Positions 48,245-56,182 of a stretch of 56,182 nt of DNA are shown here, in pieces. The notes under the pieces are model-generated. The model made no database searches, was not told the DNA's origin, and saw only the letters and a list, made by a program, of their open reading frames with translations. Position 1 is the first letter of the stretch; every line of letters starts with the position of its first letter. Origin of the DNA: Flavobacteriaceae bacterium (GTDB taxonomy: Bacteria > Bacteroidota > Bacteroidia > Chitinophagales > UBA8649); NCBI GenBank assembly GCA_047621945.1, contig JBLHMK010000003.1:1-56182 (forward strand), given 5' to 3'. Position numbers and translations under genes: made by a program.

Positions 48245-49159
48245 TTAACTTTTAAATATACGTAGTAATTTAGGTAATAGATTCACTTTTACCTGAAAAT
48301 ACTTTGCCTTTTTAGCACCAAACCCTCTATAGAAGTTAGCAACGCCATCTATCATGGATCCTTCGAAATCCAGATATTTGTATTGACCTGCATTCGTTTG
48401 AATCAAATGATTCAATAAGTGTGTCATCGCTCCGACCGAATTTCCTAGTGGGCTGCTGGCTGGCATTAAGTTAACAAGACGTTGGGGATGGTTTATTAGA
48501 AAATTGGCAGCAAGTAGCTCTTTATCTTGGTTTTGAACACCAATTATAAAGCCCATGTTGTAATGAATCGCCTTGTATATTAAGCGCAACATGGAGTAGT
48601 AATGTTTGTCTTTAAAACCTTCTACTTTTGGCGCGGTGTGGGTCCTGTAGAAATCAGCAAAATCTTCTGGAGAAATCTGTTTGTTGATTATTAATTCCTC
48701 TTTTTCTGCTTTCTTCACTTTTCTTTTGACATTTCCAGAATACTGCTTGCGAAGAAGTTCATATTCTGGTTTCATATCAAGCAAATAGTTATATCGTTCT
48801 GTAACAATTCCTTGACTTGGGGCAAAATTGCTTTCGTTTAGAGAGATATCTAGATATTTAATCTCTTTTGGGATAGCTTTAAAAAACTGGTCTATAGTTG
48901 CTTTACTAATTGGGATATCTGCATAGATACCTAGCTGTTGTGTAAAGAATGGCTGATAACTATATCCAATTCCAAATTTTTTACCCAATACAATCGGCAT
49001 AACCATCTTGTAGTTACCAACCACAAGACCGACCCAATTTTCACAGACATTATCCAAATACCAGGTATAAGCATATGGGGGGGCTCCAAGGGCAAAATGA
49101 ACACATCCATTCCACCTCTTGTCATCAATTTCTTCTCTTTGCTCTAATTTAATTTGCAT
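48245..49159 (-). CDS. GNAT-fold protein (FemABX/BioF2-like double GNAT)
   Basis: YQPFFTQQLG and LDFEGSMIDGVANFYRGFGA motifs. Confidence 0.7.
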   Translation of the reverse strand: MQIKLEQREEIDDKRWNGCVHFALGAPPYAYTWYLDNVCENWVGLVVGNYKMVMPIVLGKKFGIGYSYQPFFTQQLGIYADIPISKATIDQFFKAIPKEIKYLDISLNESNFAPSQGIVTERYNYLLDMKPEYELLRKQYSGNVKRKVKKAEKEELIINKQISPEDFADFYRTHTAPKVEGFKDKHYYSMLRLIYKAIHYNMGFIIGVQNQDKELLAANFLINHPQRLVNLMPASSPLGNSVGAMTHLLNHLIQTNAGQYKYLDFEGSMIDGVANFYRGFGAKKAKYFQVKVNLLPKLLRIFKS

Positions 49160-49214
49160 AATGTGCGCTAAAAATACGACTTTGCTTTATTTTTACGGTT
49201 AAAACCAAATAATC

Positions 49215-49595
49215 ATGAAAAAAGAAATCATAATTACTAAAAATGCTCCTGCTCCTATAGGACCTTATAATCAAGCAACAAAAGCAAATCATACTTTGTT
49301 TATTTCAGGACAGATTCCTGCGGATCCAGCAACGGGCGAAATCGTTACTTCTTCTATTGAAGATGAAACGCATATGGTGATGAAAAACCTAAAAGCCATA
49401 CTAGAAGAAGCTGGATTAGGTTTTGACAATATCTTGAAAACTTCAATCTTCATTTCTGATATGAACAACTTCAGCAGAATTAATGAAGTGTATGGTTCAT
49501 ACTTTACTTCAGATTTTCCGGCAAGGGAAACTGTAGAGGTAGCAAGACTTCCTAAAGATGTAAATGTAGAAATTTCTGCAATAGCTACTTTTTAA
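49215..49595 (+). CDS. ridA: RidA family enamine/imine deaminase
   Basis: APAPIGPYNQA, SGQIP and PARETVEVARLP..VEI motifs. Confidence 0.92.
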   Translation: MKKEIIITKNAPAPIGPYNQATKANHTLFISGQIPADPATGEIVTSSIEDETHMVMKNLKAILEEAGLGFDNILKTSIFISDMNNFSRINEVYGSYFTSDFPARETVEVARLPKDVNVEISAIATF

Positions 49596-49675
49596 GGTAT
49601 AGTTCTAGTTAAAAAACTATAAATCTAATGGGTAGTATCTTTATTCGATACTGCCTTTTTTATTTTTACAACTCG

Positions 49676-50677
49676 ATGTTAAAACTTGCACACCATAATC
49701 ATCTTTGGGCATTCGCGCTATTGGCTATATTGCTATTGGCTTTTGCATTCTTTCTAGTAAGGAGAAAGCAGCTATTTAAGCTGATTGGATTAGAAGTCTT
49801 AGTTGATAAACTTACAGCTTCAAGCAATGTGACTCGGAGATATATTAAATTCTCACTGATGTTATTGGGCTTTAGTGCTTTAATCATTGCTTGGGCAAAC
49901 CCACTTTTAGGTACAAAATTTGAAAAAGTAAAGCGAGAAGGAATTGATGTCATTTTTGCTATGGATGTTTCTAAGTCTATGAATGCGCAGGATATTGTTC
50001 CTAGTCGGATGCTGAAGGCAAAGCAAATCGTTTCAACGGTCATTGATCAAATGAGTAATGATAGAATTGGTTTAATTGTCTTTGCAGGAAATGCATATCT
50101 TCAAATGCCAGTTACAGTGGACTATTCTGGGGCGAAGATGTATCTTAAGACAATCAATACAGACATGGTTCCACGGCAAGGAACCGCCATTAGTGAAGCT
50201 ATTGAACTGGCTATTAATTCTTATGACAAGGATGCAGAAGGGTATAAGACCTTAGTGATATTATCTGATGGAGAAGATCATGATGGAGATGCGGAAGCTT
50301 TAGCTAAAGAGGCCAAGGAGCTTGGAATAACCATTCATACTATTGGTGTAGGTACTCAGCAAGCAAGTAAAATCCCTATGGATAAGCAGGGAAACTATAA
50401 GAAAGATAGTTCTGGAAATGAAGTCACTACAAAGTTAAATGAAGAAATGCTCAAAGAATTGGCAAAGCTTGGAGGAGGACAGTATTTAAGTGCGGCATCT
50501 ACGGATGTTTATGATGATTTACTGGTTGTGTTGAATGGACAAGGTGGAAGAATGATAGATGAAAAGGTTTATACAAGTTTTAAAAACCACTTTCCTATTT
50601 TTCTGATCATTGGCTTTATTGCCTTGTGTACAGAATTCCTGATTGGAGAAAGAAAATTAAAATGGCTGTCTTGGTAA
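49676..50677 (+). CDS. batB: VWA-domain membrane protein BatB
   Basis: MIDAS DVSKSM; DRIGLIVFAG, QGTAI and SDGEDH motifs; flanking TM helices. Confidence 0.85.
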   Translation: MLKLAHHNHLWAFALLAILLLAFAFFLVRRKQLFKLIGLEVLVDKLTASSNVTRRYIKFSLMLLGFSALIIAWANPLLGTKFEKVKREGIDVIFAMDVSKSMNAQDIVPSRMLKAKQIVSTVIDQMSNDRIGLIVFAGNAYLQMPVTVDYSGAKMYLKTINTDMVPRQGTAISEAIELAINSYDKDAEGYKTLVILSDGEDHDGDAEALAKEAKELGITIHTIGVGTQQASKIPMDKQGNYKKDSSGNEVTTKLNEEMLKELAKLGGGQYLSAASTDVYDDLLVVLNGQGGRMIDEKVYTSFKNHFPIFLIIGFIALCTEFLIGERKLKWLSW

Positions 50678-50678
50678 A

Positions 50679-51467
50679 ATGAAACGCTTCATAATTATAT
50701 TATTTTTAATGGTTTGTGCTCAAGTAACCTGGGCACAAAGTACTTATAGTTTAATCCAACAAGGGAATAAACAGGTAAATAAGGAACAGTATACTGACGC
50801 CGAGATAGATTATAGAAAGGCATTAGAACAGGAAGCTTCATTGACCGTGGCGGAGTACAATCTTGGAAATACGAAATACCTACTTGAAGATCATGATGCT
50901 GCCATCGAGCGCTTTAAAAAAGCTGCAGAAAAATTTGAGGATAAAGGAGATAAATCGCATGCCTATCACAATATGGGTAACAGCTATTTAAGTAAGAAGG
51001 AGTATGAAAATAGCATTCAAGCCTATAAAGAAGCATTGAAATTAGTACCCAATAATATGGATGCTAAATACAATTTGGCTTATGCTCAATTGAAATTGAA
51101 GAAAGAGCAGGAGCAACAAGAACAAGAGAACCAGGATCAAGAACAAGATCAGGAAGAAAACGAAGAGGAACAAGATCAGGAACAAGAGCAAGATGATCAA
51201 GGAGAGCAAGAGGAAAATCAAGAAGAAGGTGAAGAGGAAAAAGAAGGTCAAGGTAAAGAGGACGAGGAAAGTGAAGATGATGGAGAGCCGGAAGATCAAG
51301 AAGGAGAAGACGAAGGAGAGAAACCTCAGCCTAAAGAAGGAAGTCTAAGTAAGGAGGAAGCCGATCAATTGCTACAAATGTTGGAAAATGAAGAAGCTAA
51401 ATTGCAAGAAAAGATAGATGAACCAGAAGGGGAAGCCGTAAAAATAATGATTGAAAAAGACTGGTAA
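50679..51467 (+). CDS. batC: TPR protein BatC with acidic low-complexity linker
   Basis: AEIDYRKAL, YNLGN and YNLAYA motifs; E/Q/D tract; C-terminal EKDW. Confidence 0.88.
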   Translation: MKRFIIILFLMVCAQVTWAQSTYSLIQQGNKQVNKEQYTDAEIDYRKALEQEASLTVAEYNLGNTKYLLEDHDAAIERFKKAAEKFEDKGDKSHAYHNMGNSYLSKKEYENSIQAYKEALKLVPNNMDAKYNLAYAQLKLKKEQEQQEQENQDQEQDQEENEEEQDQEQEQDDQGEQEENQEEGEEEKEGQGKEDEESEDDGEPEDQEGEDEGEKPQPKEGSLSKEEADQLLQMLENEEAKLQEKIDEPEGEAVKIMIEKDW

Positions 51468-53278
51468 TGAGGGCTTTTAAAAACATATTGGTATTTGCAT
51501 TTTCCTTATTCAGCCTCTTTGGCTACGGACAAGTGAAATTTTATGCTCAAGGGCCGATCTCTAGTGCGGTTGGGGCAGATTATAAGATAGTATTCGTTAT
51601 CGAGAATGCTGATGCCTCTAATTTTAAAGCACCTAGCTTTGAGGGCTTTCAAATTTTGAGTGGACCTAATCAAAGTAGCAGTTATCAAAATATTAATGGA
51701 AAGATTACCAATTCACTGAGTATATACTATTTTTTGCGACCGCTAGAGGAAGGAACGCTGAGTATCAAGCCGGCATCCGTTATAATTGATGGAGAAAGGA
51801 TGTACACGGATGACTTTGAAGTCCTCGTTGGGCCAAGCAAACAAGCTAGTAGTGCAAACAACTCTAATCAGTCTGGGAATTCTTCTCAGTTAAATCAGAA
51901 TAATCCTGCTACGGCCGATGAATGGAAGGAACAAGCAAAAGACAATCTTTTTGTGCGTTTATATACGGATAATCAACAGCCTTATGTTGGGGAACAAATC
52001 TTTGTATATGCCAAGTTTTATCAGCGGATAAATACTTATGGATCCCAAATAACAGAGTACCCTGAATTTAAAGGCTTCTGGAAGCAGGATATCGAAGTAA
52101 GTGATTATGAACCGGTTATTGAAGAATACGAGGGCGTCCAATATCAAACTTTCCTTATTGCCAAGTATGCTTTATTCCCATTAAAAGAAGGGAAGTACAC
52201 GATTGACCCTGTTAAAATGACATCTATTTTGTTAATCTCTGTCCCAAAAGTAATGAACTATTGGGGCATGAAGGTGCAAACCATGGATTACGAGCAGGTG
52301 GAATACGATTTTGCTAGTAACCCGCTGTTAATCGACGCGAAACCCCTTCCAACAGCCAATAAACCGCTTAATTTTATAGGAGCAGTTGGAGAATTTGAGT
52401 TACAAACTTCAGTAGACTCTGCGGAGTTGAATTTAGGCAGTCCACTGCACTTTAAAGCAAAAATTAGTGGGGTGGGAAATATAATGTCTATCCAAGAACC
52501 AAAGTTAGAGTTTCCCCGACAATTGGAAGTCTATGACCCTGAAACGAATGAGAGCATTTCTAAGCAATCTAACTGGGTGAAAGGTTCTAAAACCTATGAT
52601 TATATTCTAGTTCCACAACGACCTGGGACCTATACTATTCCTCCTGTTCAATTTTCATATTTCGACACGAAAGAGAAGAGTTATAAAACCTTGAGTTCTT
52701 CCCCTATTGAAGTGAAGGTTAATGGAGAAATGCCTTCGATAGTTAAAGAAGAAGAAATTGAGGATGAGTATCCGTTTGAACTTCATGACATATATGCTAG
52801 CTATACTAAAACGGCTAAAAGTAATTTCTACTCTTCATGGAAGTACCAACTAAGTTTGGCAAGTCCTTTTATGTTGTATTTTCTATTCCTTTTTGGTGCG
52901 AGGCTTAAAGAAGAGTTCCAACCAGATGCAGTTGCTCTTAAAAATAAGCGCGCTCTAGAAGAAGGACAGAAACGTTTGAAGAAGGCGAAGGTGTATTTGG
53001 ACCAACAAAAACAAGAAGCTTTTTATAATGAGATTTTCGATGCATTTAATGGTTATGTAGCGGATAAGTTTAATATCGAACAAGCAAGTTTGAGTAAAGA
53101 GTATGTTTTAGAAAAATTTGAAGAAAAGAAGATTTCATTGCATTTAGCAGAACAATTTATACAAGTATTAAGTAATTCGGAGGAAGCACTTTATAGTCCG
53201 CAGGCTTATGTTAAAATGCAAGATGATTATGATACCGCTATTCAATGGATTATTAAGATTGAGCATGAGGTATCTTAA
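51467..53278 (+). CDS. batD: BatD family protein
   Basis: GPNQSSS...ING, YVGEQ, GFWKQ and GAVGEF motifs. Confidence 0.88.
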   Translation: MRAFKNILVFAFSLFSLFGYGQVKFYAQGPISSAVGADYKIVFVIENADASNFKAPSFEGFQILSGPNQSSSYQNINGKITNSLSIYYFLRPLEEGTLSIKPASVIIDGERMYTDDFEVLVGPSKQASSANNSNQSGNSSQLNQNNPATADEWKEQAKDNLFVRLYTDNQQPYVGEQIFVYAKFYQRINTYGSQITEYPEFKGFWKQDIEVSDYEPVIEEYEGVQYQTFLIAKYALFPLKEGKYTIDPVKMTSILLISVPKVMNYWGMKVQTMDYEQVEYDFASNPLLIDAKPLPTANKPLNFIGAVGEFELQTSVDSAELNLGSPLHFKAKISGVGNIMSIQEPKLEFPRQLEVYDPETNESISKQSNWVKGSKTYDYILVPQRPGTYTIPPVQFSYFDTKEKSYKTLSSSPIEVKVNGEMPSIVKEEEIEDEYPFELHDIYASYTKTAKSNFYSSWKYQLSLASPFMLYFLFLFGARLKEEFQPDAVALKNKRALEEGQKRLKKAKVYLDQQKQEAFYNEIFDAFNGYVADKFNIEQASLSKEYVLEKFEEKKISLHLAEQFIQVLSNSEEALYSPQAYVKMQDDYDTAIQWIIKIEHEVS

Positions 53279-54005
53279 GGCTATATTGTATATTATGTTG
53301 CTTTCTTTAGGAAGCCTGAAAGCCGCTGATAGTCTATTTGAAGAAGCTAATTTGGCCTATGAGGAAAAGAATTATGAACAGGCTATAGCGAAGTATAAAT
53401 TGATACTGAAAGAAGAACCTAAGATTGCTGAAGTGCATTTTAACTTGGCCAATGCATATTACCAAATTCACCAACTAGGCGAGAGTATTCTGTTTTATGA
53501 GAAGGCATTAAAACTTGATCCAGGAAGTGCTCAAATTAAGCATAACTTACAACTTGCTTATTTAAAAAGTGATAATGAAATTGAGCCACTTCCTCCGTTG
53601 TTCTTTGTAGAATGGTGGCATCAGTTATTAGCAAGTAGAAGTGCAAATTCTTGGGCAAAATGGGCCGTATTTTTTGCTTGGATAGGAATTTCTTTCTTCT
53701 TACTCAAACGGTTTAAAAAGAAACAAATTTTTGGCTATTTAGCTAGGCTGAGCCTGTTAAGTTGTTTTGGTTTAGTTTTCTTGGCTTTTCAAAAAAATAA
53801 CTTTGAAAAGAAACATGGTTATGCCATTGTCATGATTGAACAATCAAGCTTACGTAGCTCTCCAAATACCACTGCCGAGGAATTAGGTATTGCCTATGAA
53901 GGTTTAAAAGTTGAACTTATTGATAGTGTAGATACTTGGGTAAAAGTAAAACTTGAAGACGAAACTGAAGCCTGGATTGAAGAGAAGAAAGTTGCTAAAT
54001 TTTAA
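53265..54005 (+). CDS. batE: BatE (TPR plus SH3-like domain)
   Basis: FNLANAYY...YEKALKLDP...NL; TM segments; C-terminal SH3b-like EGLKV...WVKV...WI. Confidence 0.85.
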   Translation: MRYLKAILYIMLLSLGSLKAADSLFEEANLAYEEKNYEQAIAKYKLILKEEPKIAEVHFNLANAYYQIHQLGESILFYEKALKLDPGSAQIKHNLQLAYLKSDNEIEPLPPLFFVEWWHQLLASRSANSWAKWAVFFAWIGISFFLLKRFKKKQIFGYLARLSLLSCFGLVFLAFQKNNFEKKHGYAIVMIEQSSLRSSPNTTAEELGIAYEGLKVELIDSVDTWVKVKLEDETEAWIEEKKVAKF

Positions 54006-54985
54006 GCTTCAACTTCTACCGTTCTTGGGCTATAAACAGCTGCAGCTTTTGCAATGGCTTTAATGTGATCAGGAGTTGTTCCACAACATCCGCCTACCAC
54101 ATTGAGTAAACCTTCTTCTAGGAATACTTTTATTTGATCAGCCATATCTGCCGGGCTTTCATCATATTCCCCAAACTCATTAGGTAATCCAGCATTTGGG
54201 TGGGCACTCACATTAAAAGGTGCTTCCTTAGCCAATATTTGTAAATAAGGCCGCAGTTGCTTAGCTCCTAGAGCACAATTAAGCCCCACACTAAATAATG
54301 GTACATGTTGAATTGATATTAAAAATGCCTCCGTGGTTTGACCACTTAGGGTGCGTCCACTGGCATCTGTAATTGTTCCTGATACCATAATAGGTAACTG
54401 AATGTTGTTTTCTAGATAATATTCTTGAATAGCATATAATGCGGCTTTTGCATTTAAAGTATCAAACACAGTTTCAACTAGTAAAAGATCTACTCCACCA
54501 TCAACTAATCCTTTTACCTGAAACTTGTAGGCATCTTTTAGCTCATCAAAAGTAACCGCTCGATAGCCTGGGTTGTTTACATCTGGAGATAAAGAAGCGG
54601 TACGGTTGGTTGGGCCAATACTACCAGCTACAAATCTATCCGTGAATTCACTAGCTACTTCTTTAGCTATTTTGGCTGATAAATAATTTATTTGATAAAC
54701 GTCATCTGCGTTCAATGCATAATCAGCCTGGGCTATTGTGGTTCCACTGAAGGTGTTTGTTTCTATAATATCAGCACCTGCTTCAAAGTATTGACGATGA
54801 ATATTTTTAATAATTTCTGGTCTTGAAATAGACAGCAAATCATTATTTCCTTTTAAAGGATGGTTGTGGTCTTTAAATCGTTCTCCTCTAAAGTCTTCTT
54901 CTGTCAATGGATGACGCTGAATCATGGTACCCATGGCTCCATCAAGGATTAAAATTTTCTTTTGTGCTAATTCTGCTAAAGTCAT
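54002..54985 (-). CDS. metH: Homocysteine-binding (N-terminal) module of a split cobalamin-dependent methionine synthase
   Basis: [32 protein letters not shown] and GGCCGT (Zn ligands); ends before the pterin domain. Confidence 0.88.
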   Translation of the reverse strand: MTLAELAQKKILILDGAMGTMIQRHPLTEEDFRGERFKDHNHPLKGNNDLLSISRPEIIKNIHRQYFEAGADIIETNTFSGTTIAQADYALNADDVYQINYLSAKIAKEVASEFTDRFVAGSIGPTNRTASLSPDVNNPGYRAVTFDELKDAYKFQVKGLVDGGVDLLLVETVFDTLNAKAALYAIQEYYLENNIQLPIMVSGTITDASGRTLSGQTTEAFLISIQHVPLFSVGLNCALGAKQLRPYLQILAKEAPFNVSAHPNAGLPNEFGEYDESPADMADQIKVFLEEGLLNVVGGCCGTTPDHIKAIAKAAAVYSPRTVEVEA

Positions 54986-55175
54986 TTGCTAAAAATTAGT
55001 ATATATATATTCGATATGAACGTAAAATTATTAATAATCTCATCGAATAACACAATTTGCTGCTAAAAAGTTGCACGTGCAGCTGCGTCTAAAAGAGTCC
55101 GCAAGTTAAATCAAGAAAACTTACATGATTTCGAGTGAAATCAGTTAAAAAGTTAAAATAAGATTGAACAAGGTG

Positions 55176-55183
55176 TAAATTTG
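55176..55183 (+). promoter_or_regulatory. -7 element TAAATTTG for metF
   Basis: Exact match 4 nt before ATG 55188. Confidence 0.6.
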
Positions 55184-55187
55184 TTAA

Positions 55188-56144
55188 ATGAAAGTTATAG
55201 ATCTGATAAGTCAAACCAAGGATACCCTTTTCTCTTTAGAAGTTTTACCACCTATGAAAGGGAAAAATATCAGTGACTTGTACAAAGTGCTAGATCCTTT
55301 GATGGAGTTCAATCCGCCTTTCGTTGATGTAACTTACCATAGGGAGGAAATCACCTACAGAAAGAATGCAGATGGAACACTTCGTCAAATTCCAGTGAGA
55401 AAGCGACCAGGAACTGTTGGGATTTGTGCAGCAATCATGAATAAGTATAAAGTCGAATCGGTACCCCATTTGATTTGTGGTGGATTTACTAAAGAAGAAA
55501 CTGAAGATGCTTTGTTTTCACTTTACTATCTGGGGATAGAGAATATCTTAATCATCAAAGGTGATGAGATTGGTAAGTCGGAATACCATATCGAGGATCG
55601 AGTGAATAGAAATGTTTATGCGGTAGATTTAGTTGACCAGGTGAGTAAAATGAATAAAGGGCAGTTTCTTCATGAAGAAACGATTTCAGATTTTCACACT
55701 AATTTTTGTTCTGGTGTTGCTGGCTATCCAGAAAAGCACTTTGAAGCACCGAATTTAAATAGTGACTTAAGGTACCTTAAGGCGAAAGTGGATGCTGGGG
55801 CTGATTATATCGTTACTCAGATGTTTTTTGACAATGCTAAATATTTTGCATTTGTAGATAAATGTAAGCAAGCAGGAATTAATGTTCCAATTATTCCAGG
55901 ATTGAAGCCTTTAGCCACGAAAAACCATATGAACGTTCTACCTAGTATGTTTCATATTGATATTCCAGAGGACTTACAAAAGGAAATAGAAAAGTGTAAC
56001 GATAATAAAGCAGTAAAGCAAGTTGGAATTGAATGGGCTATTCAACAAAGTAAAGAGCTAAAAAATGCCAATGTACCTTGTATTCATTACTATACGATGA
56101 GTAGAAGTGATAATACTGTAGCTATTGCTCGCGAGGTATTTTAG
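55188..56144 (+). CDS. metF: 5,10-methylenetetrahydrofolate reductase
   Basis: SLEVLPP, VTYH, PHLIC, VAGYPEKH, KVDAGADYIVTQMFFD and HYYTM motifs. Confidence 0.95.
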   Translation: MKVIDLISQTKDTLFSLEVLPPMKGKNISDLYKVLDPLMEFNPPFVDVTYHREEITYRKNADGTLRQIPVRKRPGTVGICAAIMNKYKVESVPHLICGGFTKEETEDALFSLYYLGIENILIIKGDEIGKSEYHIEDRVNRNVYAVDLVDQVSKMNKGQFLHEETISDFHTNFCSGVAGYPEKHFEAPNLNSDLRYLKAKVDAGADYIVTQMFFDNAKYFAFVDKCKQAGINVPIIPGLKPLATKNHMNVLPSMFHIDIPEDLQKEIEKCNDNKAVKQVGIEWAIQQSKELKNANVPCIHYYTMSRSDNTVAIAREVF

Positions 56145-56182
56145 GCTAAACGATGTTTGTTTAGTTAGATTGGAAAGAGTTG

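Noticed and set aside
51042-51340. Hydrophobic antisense ORF 51042-51299 and purine-rich repeat tract
   Set aside because: It mirrors the E/Q/D-rich BatC linker, a normal feature of that family.
54986-55187. SAM-II or other SAM/cobalamin riboswitch between metH and metF
   Set aside because: SAM-II-like fragments (TGATTTAAC and GCTAAAAA) lie on opposite strands and I could not build the pseudoknot. metF also appears leaderless. An Rfam scan would settle it.

Overview
Low-GC chromosomal window from a Bacteroidota bacterium, judged from T9SS genes (porT, PorP/SprF, one C-terminal-sorting-domain cargo), bat genes, archaeal/eukaryote-type ProRS, TAnnTTTG promoter elements and few evident Shine-Dalgarno sites. 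It holds about 50 mostly housekeeping and envelope CDSs: lptC, coaX, parC, bcp, proS, murB, galE, rfbA, menG/ubiE, rnhB, tatA, gatA, phoD, ridA, batB-E, the N-terminal half of a split metH, and metF. I saw no rRNA, tRNA, CRISPR array or mobile element. The most notable items are: (i) a three-gene probable copper module made of an apparently leaderless Cys/His/Met-rich membrane ORF ending in FQPPRA (candidate metal-sensing ribosome-stalling leader), an MbnP-like lipoprotein with WxM instead of WxW, and an MbnH-like di-heme protein, with no adjacent TonB-dependent transporter; (ii) a CapA-family protein lacking nearly all metal ligands, fused to a SPOR-like domain inside the coaX-lptC envelope operon; (iii) a secreted prion-like N/G/Y/W-rich repeat protein paired with a FadL-type barrel; (iv) a single-chain UvrD helicase/RecB-type nuclease with a 4-Cys Fe-S staple; (v) several probably leaderless mRNAs; (vi) two adjacent pseudogenes (DUF4126 and GNAT) that the ORF track largely misses. 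All family assignments come from motif recognition by eye; no database search was run.
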